Virus record (IMG/VR): IMGVR_UViG_3300037308_000126
Span: 1 to 26,326 of that record
Strand: one strand, 5' to 3'
Length of the DNA: 26,326 bases
Source: a virus
Lineage: Duplodnaviria; Caudoviricetes
Shown: positions 16,379-24,110 of the stretch, one piece after another
How the letters are laid out: every line of letters starts with the position of its first letter
Numbering within the stretch: position 1 is the first letter of the stretch
Program-made: the position numbers and the translations under genes
Notes under the pieces: generated by a model
Database searches by the model: none
Seen by the model: only the letters and a program-made list of their open reading frames with translations
What the model was told of the DNA's origin: nothing

Positions 16379-17671
16379 CTAGGACGCCTGCAACTCCGCC
16401 TCAGCTTCCGCCACGCGCGGGGTGTCGCTGCCCGCCAGCAGATCAATCGACGTCAAATCAACGCCCGGCATGAACGGCGCCAGTACCTGCAAAATCAGCG
16501 CGTCGGGCAGCCCCAGCGTGCGGAACCGCAGCGCCGCATCCGCCGCGTCGCGCAGCATCGCCGCCGTCACCACCTTCTTGCTGCTCCACACAATTTGATA
16601 ATTCGCCGTCTCTGGCAAAATACCCGACAGCAGCAGTTGCCGGTCAATCACGGGCCGCACGATCTCATCCTCCACCCAGCGCGTCACAACCCGCAACTCC
16701 TCGTCGTACTGTTCCTTCTGCTTGTCCAGCACGTCCCGGTTCAAATCCTGACCGTATCCGATCAGGCTCATCGGCACCGGCGAGGCCGTCCAGAATGAGC
16801 GGATGTGATGCACCACATCCGCAATCTGCTGCATGTTCGCGTCGCCCTGAATCGCCGTAATGCTGCCGGCCTTGTTGGTGTAATAGTCGGCCACCGCCGC
16901 AAACGGATTCGCGATCGCTTCCTGATTCCGTTCCTTGTAAGCGTCCAGTTCCGGCTCCGATGCGCCCTCCACCACGTGCAAATACTTCATCCCGGCCCGT
17001 GTCTTGCGCCGCACCGCAATATCTGTCTCACCCTCGCTGTACCGCCTGAACGCCGCGATTGCCGATGCAAACAGCGGCATCCCGTAGCGCGACCCCTCGT
17101 CGTGATCCCAGCGCGCGTGAATGATTTGCCACTGCGCAAACCACACCGCATCGCGCGGCGCCTCCAGCCCCCACCACGCCGCGTCGGCCCACCAGAACGC
17201 CCGGGTGGGATCGACGAAACGATCGAACTCGTCACTGGCTCTCCGTATTTCCAGCGTGGGCTTGCGCGTCAACGAAACAATATCGGCCTGTTCATTGACT
17301 CCCACTTCCAAAAATGAATCTCCGTCACGCAGCGTCAGCCGCATATAATCGTCCAGATGGTCGACCAACTGAATGCGCTCCACCATCGCGTGCGCCGCCT
17401 CGACCGCCTCCGTCAGAGCGGACTTGATCGTGAATTCGCCCACGGCGTCACGCGCCAGTGTGCTCACAATCCGCTTCACGCGCATATCAGTGCGGTACAT
17501 ATCGCGGCACTTGCGCACGATGTCAACCCGATCGTGTTCTGCCCTGAACAAATTGGGTAGCACGCTCGGACGTGTCGGCATGTCCGTCTCATCGATCGTC
17601 GTTATTGCGGCGTCCGATCGCTGGCGGAACAAGGCAGAAAATCGTTGAATGAGTCCCATTGTCGTCTCCAT
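16379..17671 (-). CDS. Portal protein, T4 gp20-like motifs (~430 aa)
   Basis: LRDGDSFLE, QIIHAR...RYGMPL, ETDIAVRRKTRAG and SITAIQGDANMQQIADV......ASPVPMSLIG. An alternative start exists at 17659. Confidence 0.88.
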   Translation of the reverse strand: METTMGLIQRFSALFRQRSDAAITTIDETDMPTRPSVLPNLFRAEHDRVDIVRKCRDMYRTDMRVKRIVSTLARDAVGEFTIKSALTEAVEAAHAMVERIQLVDHLDDYMRLTLRDGDSFLEVGVNEQADIVSLTRKPTLEIRRASDEFDRFVDPTRAFWWADAAWWGLEAPRDAVWFAQWQIIHARWDHDEGSRYGMPLFASAIAAFRRYSEGETDIAVRRKTRAGMKYLHVVEGASEPELDAYKERNQEAIANPFAAVADYYTNKAGSITAIQGDANMQQIADVVHHIRSFWTASPVPMSLIGYGQDLNRDVLDKQKEQYDEELRVVTRWVEDEIVRPVIDRQLLLSGILPETANYQIVWSSKKVVTAAMLRDAADAALRFRTLGLPDALILQVLAPFMPGVDLTSIDLLAGSDTPRVAEAEAELQAS

Positions 17672-17704
17672 CTCCCCTGCGCAACAGGAGAGACCGGGAA
17701 AAAA

Positions 17705-18130
17705 TCACCTGAACACCCGCTTGAGCATCCGTTCCAACTGCGGCAGATTACGCTCCATCGTGCTCACGATGATCGCGTATCGTCCACCGTTGCTCAGTTC
17801 CAGGAATTTTCCGTAATACATGGTGTGCGACAGGCACAGCACCAACCGATCGCTCGTCCCGCTGACAATCGTGCTGTCGATGCTGATCTGCCTCACATCC
17901 AGCGATCCCGTCAACGGCGGCAGTCCAAACCCGTCCACCGCAAAAAACAGCCCCGACCGCGCATTCCCGGTTCGATCAGTCCAGCGGGCCTGCTGCCTGG
18001 ACTGATCCTGCATCTGCTGCCCCACATACGCCGCCACGGCATAGACCGCCGTCAACAACTTCTGCTGATATTCCCGCAGTCCCTTTGCCAGCGTGTTTGG
18101 CGGCTTAATCCAGATGAGTCCGCTACTCAT
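17705..18130 (-). CDS. Neck / tail-completion protein, HK97 gp10-like (141 aa)
   Basis: ARWTDRTGNARSGL and LSHTMYYGKFLEL..GGRYAII. Confidence 0.8.
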   Translation of the reverse strand: MSSGLIWIKPPNTLAKGLREYQQKLLTAVYAVAAYVGQQMQDQSRQQARWTDRTGNARSGLFFAVDGFGLPPLTGSLDVRQISIDSTIVSGTSDRLVLCLSHTMYYGKFLELSNGGRYAIIVSTMERNLPQLERMLKRVFR

Positions 18131-18131
18131 A

Positions 18132-18162
18132 CCCGCTCCTTGTAGGAGAGGGCAGGGTGAGG
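18132..18162 (+). repeat. Hairpin/G-tract repeat supplying the SD of the next gene
   Basis: CCCGCTCCTTGTAGGAGAGGGCAGGGTGAGG; on the minus strand it reads ...AAGGAGCGGGT-ATG. Confidence 0.7.
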
Positions 18163-18166
18163 TTCA

Positions 18167-18505
18167 TCATTCGATCGCCTCGGCCTGTGCCATCGTCGCC
18201 ACGCGCCGATCGGGCCGCACCCACGTCACCCGATACAGCACCGGCTGCCCGCCCACCGTCAACGTGAACCGATCGTCAATCTGGATGTTCAGCGTTGTCG
18301 CGCCCAGCACCACAATCCGCTCCCGGTGCTCCTGCGCCGTGCCGGATTCCGCCCGGCGTTCGCTGGTAAACCCGCTCCCGGCCAGCCTCACCGCCTGCGC
18401 CGTCAGCGTGTTATTCCCGCGGCGGAACGTCACGCTGACGGCGTTGCCATCGCGCACCGTGGCCAGATCGGCCTGCATTTGTGCCAGATCGTCTACATTC
18501 AGCAT
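18167..18505 (-). CDS. Probable head closure (stopper) protein (112 aa)
   Basis: Position after the adaptor; beta-rich with IQIDDRFT....YRV..V. Confidence 0.65.
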   Translation of the reverse strand: MLNVDDLAQMQADLATVRDGNAVSVTFRRGNNTLTAQAVRLAGSGFTSERRAESGTAQEHRERIVVLGATTLNIQIDDRFTLTVGGQPVLYRVTWVRPDRRVATMAQAEAIE

Positions 18506-18538
18506 CGTGACCTATTTCCTGTAAGCGCCATACTGGGG

Positions 18539-19195
18539 CTAAAACACGCGCGCCACATCGCCCCGTATATTCGCCGGCCCGATGTGCACCGCTACCGCCG
18601 CCAGATACTCGCCGTCAAGTGCCTGCGCCTGCTCGCGGATCTGCGCCGCCAGTTGTGTCTTGGTCACGGTCTCGTCGCCGATCGTATAGGACCACGCCTC
18701 CTCCGTCGCTCGATTCGCCTGCAGCGTCAGCGCCAGCGCCTGCGACTTCTTGATCACGATCGCGGCCGCGGCGTCGGTCATGTCTGCATACGCATTGCTG
18801 CTGTCCAGCACCAGCCCGGCCATGTACCACAACTCCCGCTCCATCGTGTACGTCGGCGTCGGCGATAGCACCAGACTGCTGCCCTGCACCATCACGCGCT
18901 CTTGGAACGACCCTGAAACCGGGATTAGTCCAGCGCTCGTATTCAGCACTCCGTCCCGCGTGTTCAGTGCGTTCGCCAAGCGGATGATCCTGATGAAATC
19001 TGCCGGCAGCGCATAACTCGCCGTCCCGCTCGTGACGTTGATGGTGCTGACCTTCTGCATCGGCGCGCGCCGGCTGAAATCCGCCGCGGCATCGCGCACG
19101 CACTGCTCGTACTGCTCGTTACTGGGTACGCCGTTTCGCGCCGGCACGGCGGCTTGTAGTCGGCTGCTCAGCAGATTCAATGTTACTGGCATCAT
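18539..19195 (-). CDS. Probable head-tail adaptor (218 aa)
   Basis: Position after the capsid; GT.SY.LP.DF and SYTIGD..V motifs; GAGGTG SD. Confidence 0.65.
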   Translation of the reverse strand: MMPVTLNLLSSRLQAAVPARNGVPSNEQYEQCVRDAAADFSRRAPMQKVSTINVTSGTASYALPADFIRIIRLANALNTRDGVLNTSAGLIPVSGSFQERVMVQGSSLVLSPTPTYTMERELWYMAGLVLDSSNAYADMTDAAAAIVIKKSQALALTLQANRATEEAWSYTIGDETVTKTQLAAQIREQAQALDGEYLAAVAVHIGPANIRGDVARVF

Positions 19196-19391
19196 TCACC
19201 TCTTCGTCCGGCTGAGTGGCTGGCGCGGACTTCACCGTGGCCGCCGCCTGTCCGACGATCTCAAACCATCCGGGGTGCGCCGCCTCGGCTGCCGTTAATT
19301 GCAACTCGCTGACCTCGCGTGTCTCGCCAGGATAGATGAACGCGCCCGCCAGCGGCACGCCCTGCGTCCCGATAAACCTGATTGTTGGCAT
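19119..19391 (-). CDS. Small capsid-adjacent hypothetical protein (90 aa)
   Basis: GAGGAG SD; IRFIG...PGETREV...WFEIV followed by a low-complexity tail that overlaps the next gene by 77 nt. Confidence 0.7.
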   Translation of the reverse strand: MPTIRFIGTQGVPLAGAFIYPGETREVSELQLTAAEAAHPGWFEIVGQAAATVKSAPATQPDEEVNDASNIESAEQPTTSRRAGAKRRTQ

Positions 19392-19406
19392 GGCTCATCT
19401 CCTCAG

Positions 19407-19439
19407 ATTCCCCTCCCCCACGTGACGGGGGAGGGGAAT
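19407..19439. repeat. Strong hairpin (repeat family member) right after the capsid gene; possible terminator or mRNA stabiliser
   Basis: ATTCCCCTCCCCC-ACGTGAC-GGGGGAGGGGAAT, a 13-bp perfect stem. Confidence 0.85.
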
Positions 19440-19449
19440 TGTCGTTGTT

Positions 19450-22400
19450 CTACGACACCACCACGTAACTGCCCTTCTCCGCAATCGGCGCTTCCGTGCC
19501 GTTGTACTCCTCGGCATACCACTGATCCGCCGCGATCAGGTTGCCGCTGCCGTCATAGGACGGGAACGGCCCCTTCAACGCCATCGGGCTGAACACGCGG
19601 TGCGCCACCAGCTCGCGATTCACCACCAGCACATACGAATCGGTGAATTGCGTGGTCTCGAACACGGGCAAGCCCTTCACGCGGCCCACGTAGCCCGCCG
19701 CGTTGATGTCCTGGTCAGGCCGCGCGCCAGCCGCAGAGAATGAGGTCCAGTTCGCCAGTGTATCGCTCATGGTCGCGCTCATTACCACCGCCGTCGGTTC
19801 ATAGTAGCGGTTCGTGATCTTAACGCGCGCCACGCCGATCTTCTTCACCAGGTCGGCATAGTCGATCGGGGAACCGCCGCTGTTCCACGTTCCGCCGCTG
19901 TTGCTGGCCACGCTCAGCGCCGCACTCAGAGCCAGGTAGAACACCCCCTGGTCGATCTTGCGCTGGATCTGGTTGATCAGCATGTTCAGCGTGCGCGTGG
20001 TCGCATCCCACCCGATTTGCGAGCGGCTGAACAACACCGCCTCGCTGCTGATCTGCTGCGACAGACGATCGGCCAGGCACGACATATCCTTGTACGTCAG
20101 TTGCCCTTTGCCGCGCGCGATCGCCGCCATCTCACCCTTGCGAATGGCCGTGTACTGGTAGTCCACCAGCACCGTCGCGCCGTTGGTGATGGTCGCGATC
20201 GTCATCAGCCGGCCATTGGCATAATCGATCAGGTAGTCGGTGTTTTCGACATACGTCGTGCCCGCCGGCGAGGAGGTCACCACCACCGTTCCGGGGATCA
20301 GCCGCTTATTGGCCAGCGCCACCCAGTCATCCCGATCGGTTACCACGCTCTCGTCGGTAATGCTGACCACTGTGCCGCTCTCCGCCGCATACGACTCGTA
20401 AAACACCCGCGTCGGATTCTGATCGGTGACCGCGAAATCAAACACGCTGGCCGCAATCAGCCGCGGCCCCACCTGCGCGATGATCGTGCGGCTCACGCTG
20501 TACGGCAAGCTCAGATCGCTCGTCTGCTCCGCCTCTTCCAGCAGCCGCGCCTCCTGCTTCAACTTCGCCTCGTGCATCTTGTCGAAGCGCTCCAGCAGCT
20601 GCGCCGTATACACCTCGTTGATCGTCTTGGGCTTCCGCGCATCAAACCGGCTGCCCTGCCCGGTGCGCAGTAGCGCCTCGGTAAACTCGTGCATGCCGCG
20701 CGCATAAGCCGGAATGCCCAACTCCGTCTCGATCACCGGCCCCACCATGTGCACGCCGCGATACCCTATCGACGCCAGGCGCGCCTCGGCCGTCATCGCG
20801 TCATATTCCTTGCGCCGCATTTCCACCAGCGCTTTCACTGCCTTCTCGTCCTGCGGATTCGCCGCGCGGATCGATTCGACGAACAAGCCGTTCATCTTCT
20901 CGCCATACGGCAGGCCCTTGGTGTTGGCTGCAATCGCATCATCAATCGTCTTGGCCCTGGCCTGCTCGTCCAGGGTGCGCTTGGCCTCCACCGCCTCCGT
21001 CAGCGCCTTTGCCAGATCGGCCTGCTCGTCGATGCCCAACATTTTCCGCACGCTCTCCTCCAGCGTCTTCATCTGCTCGGCGCCCAACTTGTCCAGGTCT
21101 TCCTTCAACACATCCTTGAACAGGTCAGGGTTCTCCTTGATCAATTCCTTCAATTTCTCGGGATCCATTTCCTCGTCTCCTGGTTGGGACGCTTCCTCTG
21201 GTGCGCCCTCTGTTTGATTTTTGTTCTCGATGATCGGCACCGCATCCTCAAAGCCCGGCTCCAGCACCAGGTCAAAGCCCGTGATTTCCAGCCGCGTCAC
21301 TTCCTCGATCTCGCGCTTGCCTTCCTTCACGATCTTCGACTCGCCGTAGCCTCGCATACTCAATGGCAGATTCACACCGCCGCGCGCCAATGCCTGGATG
21401 TCCCGTCCCTTGCTGGTTTCCAACAGGTGTCCTGCGACGGATACATGTTTGCCGTCGAAATCCACACTGTCCCACTTCACCACTGTGTCCAGCGCACTCG
21501 GACGCCCGCTCTTGTCGCTTGGATGGTCAACCTCGCCCAGATACTGTACGCGACCCTGCCCGGCGCTCTCATTCAGGTGCGTGCGCATCTTCTCCACAGC
21601 CTCGCGCAGCACCAGCGCCGGATAGCGCCGATCATTTCCATTCACAATGTTTGCCGTCATCACTCGGTCGGCCCGGATCGTGCGCGGCCCGCCCGACCCG
21701 TTAGCCGCCTCGTCGATGACCATCGTCGTCGCCAGCCGCTCCACGATCCGTCTTCCGCGCCGCTTCTTGTCCGGCGCGCTCTCCGCCACTGGCGCATTGT
21801 CCAGCGCAGGCGTTTCGCCCTGCGTCTGTGGCTGGTACGTCAACTCCACCACTTGCCACTCCGGCTCGTCCGCAAACACATATCCGTCAGATGTCTTCTC
21901 GTAGGTCACGCGGTAATACTCGTCCGGGCTGAGCTCGTCATCGGGCAACCACGGCTTGACGATCACCGCATCCGCGAACGTATCGACGATGCTGTACGGC
22001 GCATACTCCATTGCCGGATCGTATGGCGATGGCGCTTTGAAACGCGCGGCAAACGCAGCGGCGATCTCGTCGCGGGTATACTCCAGCGATCCCTTCACCA
22101 TCTCCTCAATCGGCTTGCCCCGCTCCATCGCCACGAGCGCTTCTTTCAATGAATCCGGCAGCGGATCCTTCAACTTCCGGTACAACCCGCGCAGTCTGCG
22201 CTTAGCCGCGGTCAATGCCGCCGCCGGCATGTCAGGCTCGCTGCGTGCCCCGGCCAGCGCTCCGGCTGCCGCGTGAATCCCGTTGCGATTCAGCGTGATG
22301 GTGTCCCCGCCGACTTCGGCCACGGGCAGTTTCGCCCTGCTGTGAGCGAATGTCAAATTCCCGTCGGCATTTTTGTCAAACGCCTCGTCCGGCACGTACA

Positions 22401-22533
22401 GGTACACAAACCGAATCTGCGCCCTGGTCGCCTCACCTGCGGCATACGCCTCAGCCAGCCGCCTGCCCAGCGCCGCCTTGTCCACGTCGCTCCACGCCTT
22501 ATCACTGATTGTCTTGGAGATATTTAACGCCAT
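19450..22533 (-). CDS. Fused prohead protease - scaffold - major capsid polyprotein (~1027 aa)
   Basis: GGAGG SD before ATG 22533. T4 gp21-type protease motifs N.N.RRYP..VL, LGEVDHP, LLET..G, LSMRGYG and FDLV.EP. These are followed by a charged coiled-coil and an HK97-fold C-terminus (PTAVVMS, GRVKGLPVFET). No stop codon separates them. Confidence 0.92.
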   Translation of the reverse strand: MALNISKTISDKAWSDVDKAALGRRLAEAYAAGEATRAQIRFVYLYVPDEAFDKNADGNLTFAHSRAKLPVAEVGGDTITLNRNGIHAAAGALAGARSEPDMPAAALTAAKRRLRGLYRKLKDPLPDSLKEALVAMERGKPIEEMVKGSLEYTRDEIAAAFAARFKAPSPYDPAMEYAPYSIVDTFADAVIVKPWLPDDELSPDEYYRVTYEKTSDGYVFADEPEWQVVELTYQPQTQGETPALDNAPVAESAPDKKRRGRRIVERLATTMVIDEAANGSGGPRTIRADRVMTANIVNGNDRRYPALVLREAVEKMRTHLNESAGQGRVQYLGEVDHPSDKSGRPSALDTVVKWDSVDFDGKHVSVAGHLLETSKGRDIQALARGGVNLPLSMRGYGESKIVKEGKREIEEVTRLEITGFDLVLEPGFEDAVPIIENKNQTEGAPEEASQPGDEEMDPEKLKELIKENPDLFKDVLKEDLDKLGAEQMKTLEESVRKMLGIDEQADLAKALTEAVEAKRTLDEQARAKTIDDAIAANTKGLPYGEKMNGLFVESIRAANPQDEKAVKALVEMRRKEYDAMTAEARLASIGYRGVHMVGPVIETELGIPAYARGMHEFTEALLRTGQGSRFDARKPKTINEVYTAQLLERFDKMHEAKLKQEARLLEEAEQTSDLSLPYSVSRTIIAQVGPRLIAASVFDFAVTDQNPTRVFYESYAAESGTVVSITDESVVTDRDDWVALANKRLIPGTVVVTSSPAGTTYVENTDYLIDYANGRLMTIATITNGATVLVDYQYTAIRKGEMAAIARGKGQLTYKDMSCLADRLSQQISSEAVLFSRSQIGWDATTRTLNMLINQIQRKIDQGVFYLALSAALSVASNSGGTWNSGGSPIDYADLVKKIGVARVKITNRYYEPTAVVMSATMSDTLANWTSFSAAGARPDQDINAAGYVGRVKGLPVFETTQFTDSYVLVVNRELVAHRVFSPMALKGPFPSYDGSGNLIAADQWYAEEYNGTEAPIAEKGSYVVVS

Positions 22534-22586
22534 CGTCCGCCTCCGTGTCTTGCTCATAATCAGGCTACTCGGCAATGCTTCATGCC

Positions 22587-24110
22587 TCAACGCCCGCTCA
22601 GCATTTGGTCAACCGTCACCACCGTGGCAGCGGCCGTTTTTGTCTTCTTCACGTCGCCCTGCCCGATCATGCCGTTGACACCGCTCACCGCGTCCACCCG
22701 GTCGTCCTGCACGCCATACGGGAACGCGCACATCTCGCTGATCCATTCCTCGATCCATCCATCGTCGTTCACCGACTCGCGCACAAACCGCACCTTCCCC
22801 ATCTCCGCCCGATCGACCACCGGCGTTGCGCGCACAATCTTGTCGGCGTGAATGTTCACCGGCCTCAGCGCCACGTGCGCCAGTTCCTTCTCGCGCATCA
22901 ACTCCTGCACCATCGGCCCGCCGTGCACCTTGTTCTCAATCCCGTGCTCGGTCTCCGGCTCGTTCAACATGAACTCCCGGATCATCTTGCGCTCGTCTGG
23001 CGATTCCATCTTGCCCGCGCGTCCCCGCCGCAGGTACAGCGTCCCGTCTGGTCCCATCGCGCCTGCAATCGTCGCCGTGTTACTGGCCTGCTCACGCAGC
23101 GAATGCGCCAGGTCGTAGTACCGCTTCCAGACCAGCCCCTGCGGCAACTCAGACGCCTCAATCGTGCGCAGCCAGGCTCGCTTGAACTTCGCGCCCTCTG
23201 CCGGCCGCGGCTTCTGCTGATACTTTGCCGCAAACGATCGCTTGCTCACCGCCTCGATGGCGCGCAGCGCGCTGGCCGGGTAACGCTCCGGCCACAGCGC
23301 CTCGCCCGCCCTGCGCTGCAGCGGATCCGGTTTGCCGACCGGCAACCCCGCCCGCTGCGCATACTCGTCACGCTCCTGCTGCGTCTCGGCCAGCGCCGGC
23401 AGCGAAAGCACCACCCACCGGTCCGCTTTGCTCTGATCGCGCAGCAGCCGCCCGGTTAGGTCGTCTTCGTGCCAGCGTTGCATCATGATGATGATCACGG
23501 CGTTAGGCTCCAGCCGTGGATAGATCGTGTCGGTATACCACGTGTACAAATTATTCCGCTGCAGTTCGCTCTCGGCCTCATCCGCCGCTCCGATCGGGTC
23601 GTCGATGATCAGAATCTTGGCGCCCTGTCCCGTTGGGCTGCCGCCCACCCCCACTGTCAACATCGCCGGCCGCGTATAACCGCGCAATGTCCACTTCTGC
23701 ACCGTCGCGCTGTCGCTACTCAAATGCGTCTCATCGAACAGCCGCTGATACAACTTGCTCTCAATCAAATTGCGCACGTTGCGGCTGAACGTCTCCGGCA
23801 GTGAGGCGGTGTGACTCGCCAGCATGAACTGCTCCGTGCGGTCCAGCCCCAGCGACCAGGCCGGGAACATCTCGCTCGTCATCTTGCTTTTGCCGTGCCG
23901 TGGCGGCGCTTCGATGATCAGCCGCCTGATCTCGCGGCGGCGGGCCGCTTCCAGATAGTCCGCGATTAACTCCAGGTGAGACGCGCGGCTGAACGTCGGA
24001 TCGATATAGGTGGCAAACTCAATCAGGCTGGCGCGTGCCCGCCGCCGGCGCAGCAACTCCTGCGCCGCCGCTGCCGGCCCCACGCGCGATAGCCTCAAGG
24101 TCGTCGTCAC
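22587..24110 (-). CDS. terL: Terminase large subunit
   Basis: Walker A PPRHGKS, Walker B LIIDDP, MQRWHEDDL, and nuclease acidic motifs YYDLA and DDRVDA. The true start may be GTG 24083, which has GAGG upstream. Confidence 0.96.
   Translation of the reverse strand: MTTTLRLSRVGPAAAAQELLRRRRARASLIEFATYIDPTFSRASHLELIADYLEAARRREIRRLIIEAPPRHGKSKMTSEMFPAWSLGLDRTEQFMLASHTASLPETFSRNVRNLIESKLYQRLFDETHLSSDSATVQKWTLRGYTRPAMLTVGVGGSPTGQGAKILIIDDPIGAADEAESELQRNNLYTWYTDTIYPRLEPNAVIIIMMQRWHEDDLTGRLLRDQSKADRWVVLSLPALAETQQERDEYAQRAGLPVGKPDPLQRRAGEALWPERYPASALRAIEAVSKRSFAAKYQQKPRPAEGAKFKRAWLRTIEASELPQGLVWKRYYDLAHSLREQASNTATIAGAMGPDGTLYLRRGRAGKMESPDERKMIREFMLNEPETEHGIENKVHGGPMVQELMREKELAHVALRPVNIHADKIVRATPVVDRAEMGKVRFVRESVNDDGWIEEWISEMCAFPYGVQDDRVDAVSGVNGMIGQGDVKKTKTAAATVVTVDQMLSGR

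Noticed and set aside
16369-16446. ORF-track 5' extensions of MuF (16446), chaperone (12291), tail fibre (5833) and capsid (22590)
   Set aside because: They overlap upstream genes or repeats; the downstream ATGs have better SD sequences or tighter coupling.
20689-22152. 487-aa + strand ORF and other long antisense ORFs (e.g. 8220..9419, 6450..7391, 22575..23459)
   Set aside because: They mirror well-supported minus-strand genes, are rich in His/Arg/Leu/Gln as expected for antisense shadows, and show no motifs.
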